Source: an uncultured delta proteobacterium (lineage in GTDB: Bacteria; Myxococcota_A; Polyangia; Polyangiales; JAFGIB01). From it: a stretch of 64,000 nt of DNA. Shown in pieces: positions 48,129 through 58,754 of this stretch. Under the pieces are notes generated by a model, which saw nothing but the letters and a program-made list of their open reading frames with translations, ran no database searches and was not told the DNA's origin. Position 1 is the first letter of the stretch; every line of letters starts with the position of its first letter. Location: positions 256,001 through 320,000 of the forward strand of contig CAVZVA010000010.1 of NCBI GenBank assembly GCA_963778655.1, in the 5' to 3' direction. Both the position numbers and the translations under genes were made by a program.

Positions 48129-48536
48129 TCAGCGCAGAGCCCCACCGTCTTCGTCGGTCATGCCGGCATCGGTGGGGACCATGCCTGCATCCGCCGACCC
48201 TGCGCCGGACGCGCCCCCACCGCCGCCGGTGCCGAAGCCCGACCCGGAGCCCGACGTGCCGGCCGCTCCCGAGCTTGCCTCGGTTCCTCCCGTGCCCCCC
48301 GCAAGGCCGCCGCCCTTGGTGCCGGCATCCGACACATTGCCCCTCGGCACGCCCGGGGTCCCGACGTCGGCGGCCGGACCCGAGCTGCCAGTGGCGCCCG
48401 GTGGCTCGAGGCCCGGCCCGGTGCAGCCGGCAGCCGTGCACAGCAACGCGAGCGCGAGCAGCCGCCACGGGCCATTCGTCCCCTGCGTGGTGCCGCACCC
48501 GCGACTCCGCACCCGCCTCCACATCCACATCCGCAT
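48129..48536 (-). CDS. Small Gly/Ser/Ala-rich lipoprotein
   Basis: Hydrophobic stretch with lipobox TAAGC followed by a low-complexity tail with DAG motifs; start uncertain. Confidence 0.55.
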   Translation of the reverse strand: MRMWMWRRVRSRGCGTTQGTNGPWRLLALALLCTAAGCTGPGLEPPGATGSSGPAADVGTPGVPRGNVSDAGTKGGGLAGGTGGTEASSGAAGTSGSGSGFGTGGGGGASGAGSADAGMVPTDAGMTDEDGGALR

Positions 48537-48603
48537 TGAGAATGGCAGCGGGCCGCGCCTGCGGCAACCCGCTCGCGGCAAGACCACGCCAGCGTTGCCG
48601 CGA

Positions 48604-48632
48604 TTGACAGCGCCGCCCGTGGCTCCAATACT
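48604..48632 (+). promoter_or_regulatory. Sigma70-type tRNA promoter
   Basis: TTGACA (48604-48609), 17 nt, AATACT (48627-48632), then a GC-rich discriminator before the tRNA. Confidence 0.75.
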
Positions 48633-48643
48633 CCGCCCGCTTC

Positions 48644-48717
48644 GCCGATGTAGCTCAGTTGGTCAGAGCGGGCGTTTCATACGCGCTAGGTCAGTGGTTC
48701 GAATCCACTCATCGGCA
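48644..48717 (+). tRNA. tRNA-Met (CAT), probably elongator; CCA not encoded
   Basis: Acceptor GCCGATG/CATCGGC, D arm GCTC..GAGC, anticodon loop TTCATAC, T arm AGTGG-TTCGAAT-CCACT, discriminator A followed by CCG. Confidence 0.95.
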
Positions 48718-48788
48718 CCGGGCGGCTCACAGGGCTGCGGCCGTGCGCGCGCGGCAGCGCTCACGGCCATGCTACCCTGACGTGCGCA

Positions 48789-49325
48789 ATGCGTGCGGTC
48801 GCGCTCTACTCGTTGGCACTCGCGCTCCTGGCTGGCTGCTCCCCGGTCTGCAATTGCGTGGTCGATGCCGGCAGCCCCAACGAAGCAGGAGGCGCTGACG
48901 CCGGCAGCGCGCCCGAGCCCGAGGTGCAGATCGGCACGCCCGATCCGCAGACCGGCCTCGACTTCGTGCCCTTGATGGACGGCGGCGACATCCCGCTCGA
49001 GACCTTCGGGCAGGGCGGCACCCATGCCACGGTCGCGGTGCGCTGTATCGGTTTCGGTGACCGCGCCTTCGTGGACGTGATCGTGGAGAACCTCGACAGC
49101 GGCGCGCGGGTGATGACCGTGCCCTCGACGCGAGCCCAGTTGCTGCTGTGTCGCGACAAGGCGATGCAGACCTGCGACATGCTGCCGATCCACGTGATGA
49201 CGGGCGGGCTGGCCGACCCCTCGCAGAAGAACGGGCTGGCCGTGCGTGTGACCGCCAACGTGCACAACGACGCCGGTGTAATGGCGAGCGGCAGCCAGAA
49301 CGGCGTGCTGCGTCAGAACTTCTGA
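48789..49325 (+). CDS. Hypothetical lipoprotein
   Basis: Lipobox LLAGC; FVPLMDGGDIPL..GQGGTHA motif; several Cys. Confidence 0.8.
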   Translation: MRAVALYSLALALLAGCSPVCNCVVDAGSPNEAGGADAGSAPEPEVQIGTPDPQTGLDFVPLMDGGDIPLETFGQGGTHATVAVRCIGFGDRAFVDVIVENLDSGARVMTVPSTRAQLLLCRDKAMQTCDMLPIHVMTGGLADPSQKNGLAVRVTANVHNDAGVMASGSQNGVLRQNF

Positions 49326-49344
49326 TGTGACCGGGGGGCACGCG
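49326..49344 (+). repeat. Degenerate end of the 18138-18190 element
   Basis: TGA|TGTGACCGGGGGGCACGCG versus TGA|TGTGACCGGGAGGGGCACGCG on the minus strand at 18190. Confidence 0.5.
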
Positions 49345-49374
49345 ATCCCCGCCGGGGGTCGCTCCGATTGCGCG

Positions 49375-50364
49375 TCAGCGTGGGGCTTCGGCGCCAGCGA
49401 AGTAGCGCCGCGGGTTTTCCACCAGCATGGTCGTGACGTGCGCGTCGGTGATGCCGCGCTCGCGCAGCTTGGGCAGGATGCGCTTGAACAGGTGGGTTGG
49501 CTCCCAGTTGGGCATCGCAGCCGCGATTTGCTCCGGACGCACGGCGAAGCGGCCACCGAACACGGGGCGCCCCAGCCATGCGCCGCAGGTCGCGTCGTGC
49601 GAGAGACACAGCGAGCGCGTGTAGCCGGCCTCGACCATCTTGATCACGCTCTGCATGCGCTTCTCGTCGCTGATGAACGACTCGATGCCGAAGCGATCGA
49701 AGCCGACGTAGGCGCCGCGATCGGCGAGCGAGCGGTGGTAGTCGTGATCGTCGCGCCCGTCGGAGTGGCCGACCAGGATGCGATGCGCCGGCATGCCCTG
49801 CGCGGTCAGCAGCTCGATCTGCTCGATGCCCTGACTGGCCTCGTCGGTGTGGGTGATCACCGGGCAGCCGACCTTGGCCGCGGCGCGCCCGGCCGCGGTC
49901 AGCAGCTTGCGCTCGTAGTCGGTGATGCCGTGGGCGCCGGTCGCGCACTTGATCAGGCCGGCCACGATGCCGGTGCCGCCGATGCCCTCGGTCAGCTCCT
50001 TGACGTAGATCGCCTCGATCTCCTCCACCGGCAGCGCGCCGAAGGTATAGGTGAGGCCCTCGTTCTGCTTGTAGGCGCCGGTGGTGCACACGATGCGCAT
50101 GCCCGAACGCTGCGCCACCTCGGCCATGAACTCCACGTCGCGGCCGAGATCCATGGGGCACGGATCGAGGAAGGTGCGCACGCCGAGCGAGAGCAGCTCC
50201 TGCATGCGGTCGACCGCGCGCGCGAGCACGTCGGCGCGCACGAAGCGCGGCGCCAGCGCGTCCATGAACCAGCCGGGGAAGCCGATCAGCAGGTGCTCGT
50301 GGATCAGGGTGGTGCCGAGCTCATCGGGACGCACCCGTCCGGTAACGGTGTTGATCCATTCCAT
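49375..50364 (-). CDS. Phosphotriesterase-family (PTE/PLL) amidohydrolase
   Basis: GTTLIHEH, LIK (carbamylated Lys position), ITHT, VGHSD, GFDRFG, LSHD, ENPRR. Confidence 0.93.
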   Translation of the reverse strand: MEWINTVTGRVRPDELGTTLIHEHLLIGFPGWFMDALAPRFVRADVLARAVDRMQELLSLGVRTFLDPCPMDLGRDVEFMAEVAQRSGMRIVCTTGAYKQNEGLTYTFGALPVEEIEAIYVKELTEGIGGTGIVAGLIKCATGAHGITDYERKLLTAAGRAAAKVGCPVITHTDEASQGIEQIELLTAQGMPAHRILVGHSDGRDDHDYHRSLADRGAYVGFDRFGIESFISDEKRMQSVIKMVEAGYTRSLCLSHDATCGAWLGRPVFGGRFAVRPEQIAAAMPNWEPTHLFKRILPKLRERGITDAHVTTMLVENPRRYFAGAEAPR

Positions 50365-50419
50365 CGTGCCGCGAGCCTACACCAACGGCCGGCGCGAGAC
50401 AGTGACCCCGATCGGGGAC

Positions 50420-51301
50420 TCAGGCCGAGGCTGCGGCCGACGGCTCGGCCGGCTCGGCCGGCTCGCGGCGCAACACGTACTGGCCGTTTGCGGCTTCCCA
50501 GTCGCGGATGTGCTGGGAGGTGTCGGCCTTCCACGGGTGGAAGCCCGGGCGAAAGTAAGCGAAGAACGCGGGCAGCATGGCGCTGACCAGACCGCGCCTG
50601 CCGAACAGGTAGCGGTAGCCCCGCAGCGTGTCGCGCGTGAACAGCTGCTTGTCGTGCCACAGCAGCAAATGCGTGTTGAGCAGCGACAGCCACAGAATCA
50701 GCGCCCAGGCGCCGATCATGATCGTGACCCGCTGCAGATAGCCGCCGTCGAGCTCGCGGTAGATGTCGAAGCAGGTGGCCTTGTGCTCGGTCTCCTCGGC
50801 CGCGTGCCAGGCCCACAGCGCGTGCACGCCGGGGTCGGCGCCGGCGGCCAGCTGCGGCTTCTGGAAATACTGCTCGGCGAAGCCCGCGGTGAAGTGCTCG
50901 AGCGCCACGGTGGCGGCCAGCATGCCCATCGGGTCGAGCTTGGCGCGCGCGCGGTCGAGCACGCGGCGGTAGCGCGCGCGACAGCCCTCGACGTCGATGC
51001 CGTGCGCGGCGTTGATGGCGTCGAACTTCAGGTGCTGCGCGGTGTGGTGGCCCTCCTGGCGGCAGAACTCCGCGATCTCCGCGACCAGCGCCGGGTCGTC
51101 GAGGCGGGACTTGAGCGCACGCGCCGAGTCGATGAAGAACTTCTCCCCGGGCTCGAACGCTGTCGACAGCTGCGTCCAGAACAGGCTTCGGAACGCGCTG
51201 CCCCCGTGCCAGTAGCGCGGGAAGCCGTCCTCGAATGGGAGCTTCACTCGCCGGTAGGTCACCTTGAGCCCGTCCGGTCTGTGGATCGCCGCCTTGCCCA
51301 T
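50420..51301 (-). CDS. Predicted metal-dependent hydrolase (ferritin-like diiron motifs)
   Basis: FEPGEKFF, QEGHHTAQH, ALEHFT, WHAAEETEHK, YFRPGFHPW motifs. Confidence 0.9.
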   Translation of the reverse strand: MGKAAIHRPDGLKVTYRRVKLPFEDGFPRYWHGGSAFRSLFWTQLSTAFEPGEKFFIDSARALKSRLDDPALVAEIAEFCRQEGHHTAQHLKFDAINAAHGIDVEGCRARYRRVLDRARAKLDPMGMLAATVALEHFTAGFAEQYFQKPQLAAGADPGVHALWAWHAAEETEHKATCFDIYRELDGGYLQRVTIMIGAWALILWLSLLNTHLLLWHDKQLFTRDTLRGYRYLFGRRGLVSAMLPAFFAYFRPGFHPWKADTSQHIRDWEAANGQYVLRREPAEPAEPSAAASA

Positions 51302-51358
51302 GGGTATCGCCCCGCTCCTTTGGCCCGCGAGCCTGGAAAACCGTAGCACGTCAATACG

Positions 51359-51398
51359 ATTACACTATATACTGTAACATCGTTAAGTGTAATGTCAA
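51359..51398 (-). promoter_or_regulatory. AT-rich promoter with overlapping palindromic operator
   Basis: Minus strand TTGACA-16nt-TACAGT; inverted repeats ATTACACT (51359-51366) / AGTGTAAT (51386-51393) and TTACA-N8-TGTAA. Confidence 0.7.
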
Positions 51399-51523
51399 GC
51401 GTGGCGCGCCGGCTCGCGGGGCCGGCGCGGGCGACTTTCGTCTTGACCGGCCGCTGCCCGGGCTCCACGTTTCGCAGCTCCAGGACGGGCCTCGAGGCGC
51501 GCGATGAAACGGAACCGGTGAAC

Positions 51524-51604
51524 ATGCCCAACTATCAGGCATCCCCTACCGCCGTTCCGCTCGCGCGCATCGGCCTGCGCACGTCGCCCGCAGCGGCGCG
51601 CTGA
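51524..51604 (+). CDS. Candidate 26-aa leader peptide upstream of the ABC transporter
   Basis: ATG..TGA encoding MPNYQASPTAVPLARIGLRTSPAAAR, followed by a GC-rich structured spacer; no independent support. Confidence 0.3.
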   Translation: MPNYQASPTAVPLARIGLRTSPAAAR

Positions 51605-51777
51605 CAGCCCTGCGCGACTGCCCCCGAGCCAAGTGGCGCCCCCCAGGGCCCCTGGGAGCCCCGCGGCCGCGGGCCACCCGCTCGCCGCCGCTTCGGAGCT
51701 CAGCCGCGCGGCGGCGCGCGCCCGCGCGGCCGCCTTCGACTTGCCTTCGACCGCAACTCTCGACCCGAGCCCCCGAC

Positions 51778-54054
<2,277 letters not shown>

Positions 54055-54067
54055 GGAGGACGAGGTC

Positions 54068-54607
54068 ATGCTGAGCAGAGAACAGCAACGAGCGGAAGCG
54101 GCTGCCGACGGCGCACAGGCCGGCACGCCCGAGCCCGGCGAGCCAGCGGCGGCGCTCGCGCTGCAGGCGCGCGCCGACGGCAGGCTGTGGCTGCTGCAGG
54201 GCGGCAAGGCGACGCCCGTGCAACCTGTGCGCTGCTTTCCGTGGTCGGAGCCCGATCAGCACATCTCGCTGCGCGACGCCGAAGGCGAGGAGCATGGCTA
54301 CGTGCAGGAGCTGCGCGCGCTCGACGCGGACAGCCGCGCCGCGCTCGAGCATGCCTTGCGGCGTGCGGGGCTGGTGCTGGAGGTGCTCGCGATCGACGAC
54401 ATCGACGAGGACCAGGAGATGCGCTGCTATGCGGTGCAGACGCGGCAGGGCCCGCGGCGCTTCCAGACGCGGCTCGAGACCTGGCCGCGGCCGGTACCGG
54501 GCGGCGGGCTGTTGATCGAGGACGTGGCCGGCGACCTGTTCCTGATCGCGCAACCGAACGCGCTCGACGCGGCCAGCCGCCGCCGGCTGTGGCCGTACGT
54601 GGACTAA
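54068..54607 (+). CDS. DUF1854 domain protein
   Basis: PVRCFPWSEPDQHISL..GEE..VQTRQGPRRF..LLIEDVAG..LDAASRRRL; GAGG RBS; directly after the ABC gene, as typical for this family. Confidence 0.88.
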   Translation: MLSREQQRAEAAADGAQAGTPEPGEPAAALALQARADGRLWLLQGGKATPVQPVRCFPWSEPDQHISLRDAEGEEHGYVQELRALDADSRAALEHALRRAGLVLEVLAIDDIDEDQEMRCYAVQTRQGPRRFQTRLETWPRPVPGGGLLIEDVAGDLFLIAQPNALDAASRRRLWPYVD

Positions 54608-54830
54608 ATGACCGATCGTGATTCCGGAACACCCGAACGACCATCGGTCATCGGCGTGCGGCGCAGCCGCACCCCGCAAGAGGGTGAATGCGCGAGGCTT
54701 TGCCTTGCGCACAGGGAGTCGGCGCGACTCCCTCGTAGCTAAAGGAGAAGTCAGAGCTCGCGATTCGATTCCGAATCGCGAGCTCCGATTTGGGGCGACG
54801 GGTCGCTCGCGCTGCGTGAGGCGAGCGCGT
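54608..54830. other. Array of consecutive stem-loops between convergent genes (structured RNA or palindromic repeat element)
   Basis: Stems at 54608-54651, 54656-54672, 54670-54686 (GCAA loop), 54689-54711, 54713-54733, 54754-54785 (perfect 14 bp), 54804-54827. Confidence 0.65.
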
Positions 54831-54902
54831 TGTTGTCGGGCGCGTTGGAACACAACCCGAGCTTCGCGCCCGCATACGTCGAACGCGCCCTGACATGGCC
54901 GG

Positions 54903-56042
54903 TCATGCCACGACGGCTTGCAGCGAACGGCGTGGGCTGTGGTGCACGCTCACCTGCGGGTAGCCGATGCGGAACAGCATCTGGGCGTGGCGGTCTGGGC
55001 CGACGAAGGTGGCGAGCTTCTTGCCGAAGACGGGCGTTAGCGACTGCTGGTGCTCGCGGTCGCGGCGCTCGGCGGCCTGGTTGAGCGGCTGCATGCCGAG
55101 GCCGAGGCGCGTGGCCTGCAGGTGTAGTCGCTGGTATGCGCGGCCCACCGCGAGCTGCTGCGCCGGATCGTCGAGCCGCTCGCTCGAGAGCAGCCCGAAC
55201 GCGGCCACCGCCTTGCACTGCCGGTCGCGGGTGCTGCCGATCCAGTAGTCGTCCGAGCGCTCGCGGCTCGGACGCGGCAGCAGCTTGGCCGCGGCCGTGG
55301 TCAGCCCGCCGAGCGCCTGCGCGTCGAGCGTGAGGCCGTCGCGATGCGTGTCGATCTCGGCGCGCGTGTGCCGGTACCAGCGGTAGCTGGCGCGCGACAT
55401 GCCGAGGTCGGCGACGATCGCGCGAGTCGCCTCCAGCGTCATCTGCGCGAAGCGCGCCTTGTCGGCCGCACTGGTGAGCCAGCGTAGCTGGCGCCCGGGC
55501 GCGTCCTGCGCAAGCGCCGAGAGTTGCGCGAGCTGGGCCTGCGGCAGCGCGCGATCCGCGTAGGCGCCGCGGTTGGTGCAACGCTTGGCCAGGACCGCGT
55601 AGCACGGGTCGACGGCGGGGCCGCCTCCGGGCAGCGCGACGCGGGCCACGTGCGTGGGATCGGCGGGGTCGGGCAGCAGCGTGAGCTGGGGGCGCTGCCC
55701 GTGCTGGCGCGCCGCCACCAGCAGGTTCTCGAGCGCGCAGCCGAGCCCGACCATGAGCTCGCGCTCGATCGGGTCCATGTCGCCCAGGCGCCGGCTGCGG
55801 TCGGCGAACAGCGAGATACCCGCCGCGTCGACTTTGAAGCGCCACGGCTGGGTGTTGTGCGGATTGGCCGCCAGGATCGCGGCGTGCACCAGCTCGAGCC
55901 TGGGATCGGGATAGCTCGCAGCCGGAAAGCGCCAGGGCGCGTAGCCGGGGCCGCTCTCGGGCGCGTAGCCGCCGCAGCCGTCGACCAGCAACATGCTGCC
56001 CCCGGCGCCGCACACCACCAGAAATTCGCGTCTGTTCAGCAT
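54903..56042 (-). CDS. Acg-family FMN-binding nitroreductase-like protein with Tat signal
   Basis: MLNRREFL twin-arginine signal; AANPHNTQPWRF, GLGCALENL, RCTNR, GRAYQRLHL, LFRIGY. Confidence 0.9.
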   Translation of the reverse strand: MLNRREFLVVCGAGGSMLLVDGCGGYAPESGPGYAPWRFPAASYPDPRLELVHAAILAANPHNTQPWRFKVDAAGISLFADRSRRLGDMDPIERELMVGLGCALENLLVAARQHGQRPQLTLLPDPADPTHVARVALPGGGPAVDPCYAVLAKRCTNRGAYADRALPQAQLAQLSALAQDAPGRQLRWLTSAADKARFAQMTLEATRAIVADLGMSRASYRWYRHTRAEIDTHRDGLTLDAQALGGLTTAAAKLLPRPSRERSDDYWIGSTRDRQCKAVAAFGLLSSERLDDPAQQLAVGRAYQRLHLQATRLGLGMQPLNQAAERRDREHQQSLTPVFGKKLATFVGPDRHAQMLFRIGYPQVSVHHSPRRSLQAVVA

Positions 56043-56137
56043 TCGCCCCGGAGCCGCGCAGGCTGCTCCGCTGCCATACGACGGCCGCGTGGCGGTTGGC
56101 AAGCGCGGTTGGCAAGACGCGCCCGTCAGCTCACCGA

Positions 56138-57175
56138 TCACGCAAACGGCAGATGGCGCTTGAGCGCGCGCAGCAGGCCGTGGCGCGCGGGGGCCGCCTG
56201 CGCCGGGGCCATACAGGCGTTCCACACCTGCAGCGCGTAGAGCAGCGGCGCGTGATCGGAGAGCGCGTCGAAGGGCAGCTCGCCGAACGATCCGTCGAGC
56301 AGGTGCATCAGTGCTTGCAGCGGCCGCGCCAGCTCGCCTTGCAGGTGGAGCTGGTAGGCGAGCGCACCGCGCACGCCGTCGGCGAGCCGCTCCCGCGGCG
56401 AGAGCTGCGCGTGCAAGACGCCGTCGCGGTCGAGGTATTGCAGCGCACCGAGGTGGCAGTAGCGATCGAGCGAAGGCGGCAAGGGCAGCGGCGGCGGCAG
56501 CCACGGCACGAGGTCGTTGTTGTTGACGAAGCGAAAGGCGGACACCCGCAAGGTCCGGCGAAAGCGCGCGTCGCCCGGACGTGGCGAGCCGAAGGTGTAG
56601 AGTGCGGCGACGTCTGCGATGCGCTGCGCGGCGAGCGTCGCCACCGCGGCCCCCAGGCTGTGGCCGGTCAGAAACAGCGGACGCGCGGGCCGCTCTGCGC
56701 GCAACGCGCGCAGGTATTCGGCGAGGCCGTCCGAGCCGCTCCACAGCGCGTCGAGGTAGCGCTTGGCGCCAGCATGCACTCTGCCGCCGAAACCCGACTC
56801 GACCAGCTCGAGATCGAGATCGGTGCACAGGTCGCGAACCGCATCGGCCGATTTGATCTCGGTGCCGCGAAAGGCGGCGATCGCGAACGCGTCGTTGTGC
56901 GCCACGAAGCACTGGCTGCCGCCGGCATCGAACGCCTGAAAGCCAGCGAGCCCGGCGGCTGCCAGGCGAGGACGGGCGAAATCGGGCGCAGCGTAGGCCA
57001 ATAGCGCGGCGTCCACCAGCCAGAACGCCTGCACCGGGCTCGGCGTCGCGCGCGCGGGGTCGACGCGCGGGTCGAAGGGATAGCGCTCGGCGTGCTCGAA
57101 GTAGGCGTAGCTCAGGCTCGGTGGGAAGAGATTGGCGCCGTCTACCTGCGGCAAGGGCTTGCGCTGCGTGTTCAC
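56138..57175 (-). CDS. Lipase class 3 family protein
   Basis: AFRGT, VHAG, TGHSLGAA, YTFGSPRPG, NNNDLVP, DH; GGAG RBS before GTG 57175. Confidence 0.92.
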   Translation of the reverse strand: MNTQRKPLPQVDGANLFPPSLSYAYFEHAERYPFDPRVDPARATPSPVQAFWLVDAALLAYAAPDFARPRLAAAGLAGFQAFDAGGSQCFVAHNDAFAIAAFRGTEIKSADAVRDLCTDLDLELVESGFGGRVHAGAKRYLDALWSGSDGLAEYLRALRAERPARPLFLTGHSLGAAVATLAAQRIADVAALYTFGSPRPGDARFRRTLRVSAFRFVNNNDLVPWLPPPLPLPPSLDRYCHLGALQYLDRDGVLHAQLSPRERLADGVRGALAYQLHLQGELARPLQALMHLLDGSFGELPFDALSDHAPLLYALQVWNACMAPAQAAPARHGLLRALKRHLPFA

Positions 57176-57290
57176 GCGTTCTCCGTGGCTGCTGGACCGA
57201 CCGCAAGCGTCGGCGATGCGCGCGGCGTTGTCGAGAGCGCGGAGCGGTGCGACCTCCCGGAGCTCGCGCAACTTGGCTATGCTCCGCCCC

Positions 57291-57365
57291 ATGCAAGACC
57301 AGCTCATCGTGATCCTCGGGGCCGAGACCCCGCCACCCTTCGGGTTCCGCCCGCCGCAGCCGTGA
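57291..57365 (+). CDS. Candidate 24-aa small ORF coupled to the GH18 gene
   Basis: TATGCT-7nt-ATG; MQDQLIVILGAETPPPFGFRPPQP; GC3-rich codons; its stop overlaps the next GTG (GTGA). Confidence 0.4.
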   Translation: MQDQLIVILGAETPPPFGFRPPQP

Positions 57366-58714
57366 GCGCCGCCTTCGCCCCAAAGCGCCGCGGCTTGCGC
57401 GACTTCACGCGGACCGCGCTCGCGCTCGCGGCCGCCGCGGCGACTGCGCCAGGCTGCAGCGGCGCGGGCGGCGCCGTGCCGCGCGTCGCGCGCACAACCG
57501 GTGCGGAGCAAGCCCGCGCGTCGCAGGTGCCGCCGGCGTACGCGCCGAGGATCGTGGCGTACGTCAACTGCCTGTGCGGTTTCGGCGTCGGGAGCAGCGG
57601 CGGCGCGTGCCTGCAGCAGCCCGACCCCACGGTCAATCAGGTCAAAGCCTGGGAAGAGGCCGGCCGGAGCCCGATCACGCACTACGCGATCGCCTTCCTG
57701 TCGTTCCGCGGTGCGCGGATCACGACCGACGACGCCTCGGTGTGGAACGCTGGCCCCGGCAGCAGCGAGGACTTCGCGCTCGACGACCGCCTGCGCGCTG
57801 CGCTGCAGGCGGCCGAGCGCAACGGCAAGCGGGTGCTGCTCTCGATCGGCGGCGAGGCCGGCTCCGAGCGCTTTCTGGCGTTCTGGCGGGCGTTCGGTGC
57901 GGGCAGCGCAGAGCGCGTGCCGCGCATGCGCGCCGAGCTGCTACGCGTGGCGCAGCGCTTCTCCGCGCAGAACGGGCTGCGCGTGGACGGCTACGACGTC
58001 GACCTCGAGCTGGGGGCGCGCTACGCGCCCGACTCGCCGCAATATCTGTCCACGCGCGACCTGATCAACGCCGTGCCCGAGCCGTACCAGGTCAGCTTTG
58101 CGCCGCAGGTGGCCAACGGGCTGTGCGCCGCGCCCGCGCCCGGCGACGCGCTGGGTCCGGAGGTGGCGCTCGGCGGCGCCTGCGACGCGCAAGCGGGCAG
58201 CGGGGAAGCCTGGTCGCTCGCGCAGCTCGATCGCGACTGCACGCGCGCGGACGGCTCACCCAAGCTCGCGTACTTCGGTGTCCAGTACTACAACGCCGAG
58301 CAGGACCAGTGCTGCGGCGGCGGGCAGGGCGCGGGCGCGATGGTGCGCGGCACGGCGCAGCACTACGTGAACCTCGCGAACGGCTGGCCGGCCGGCGCGT
58401 GGCCCGCCTTCGCAGGCGTCGGCGCCAACCGGCTGGTGCTGGGCAAGCCTGCATGCAGCGGCTGCGCGTTCAGCAACTACCTCGCGCTCGAGGACATGCA
58501 CGCGCTGCTCGCCGCGCTGGACCGACGGCTGAGCCGCCCCATGGGCGGCCTGCTGTTCTGGGATCTATGCCGCATGCTCGGGCGCGGCGGCAGCCTGTGC
58601 GTGGGCGGCCACTGCCAGCCGAGTTGGGGAGGCGAGCACGCGCTGCAAAACCTGCAGTCGCTGCAGCAAGGCATGGCCGCCCTCAACCCCGCCCCTGACC
58701 CCAGCCCCCGGTAG
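57362..58714 (+). CDS. Glycoside hydrolase family 18-like lipoprotein
   Basis: VLLSIGG, VDGYDVDLE (DxxDxDxE), VQYYN, RLVLGKP, GGLLFWD; signal with RR and lipobox APGC; start inferred. Confidence 0.85.
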   Translation: MSAAFAPKRRGLRDFTRTALALAAAAATAPGCSGAGGAVPRVARTTGAEQARASQVPPAYAPRIVAYVNCLCGFGVGSSGGACLQQPDPTVNQVKAWEEAGRSPITHYAIAFLSFRGARITTDDASVWNAGPGSSEDFALDDRLRAALQAAERNGKRVLLSIGGEAGSERFLAFWRAFGAGSAERVPRMRAELLRVAQRFSAQNGLRVDGYDVDLELGARYAPDSPQYLSTRDLINAVPEPYQVSFAPQVANGLCAAPAPGDALGPEVALGGACDAQAGSGEAWSLAQLDRDCTRADGSPKLAYFGVQYYNAEQDQCCGGGQGAGAMVRGTAQHYVNLANGWPAGAWPAFAGVGANRLVLGKPACSGCAFSNYLALEDMHALLAALDRRLSRPMGGLLFWDLCRMLGRGGSLCVGGHCQPSWGGEHALQNLQSLQQGMAALNPAPDPSPR

Positions 58715-58754
58715 TCGTGTGCGTGCTCGTGCGCGTCGCTGGTCCTCCCCGCGC

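Noticed and set aside
54608..54906. Retron msr-msd or transposon-associated guide RNA interpretation of the hairpin array
   Set aside because: No reverse transcriptase, TnpB/IscB or transposase gene nearby; outer complementarity is only 7 bp
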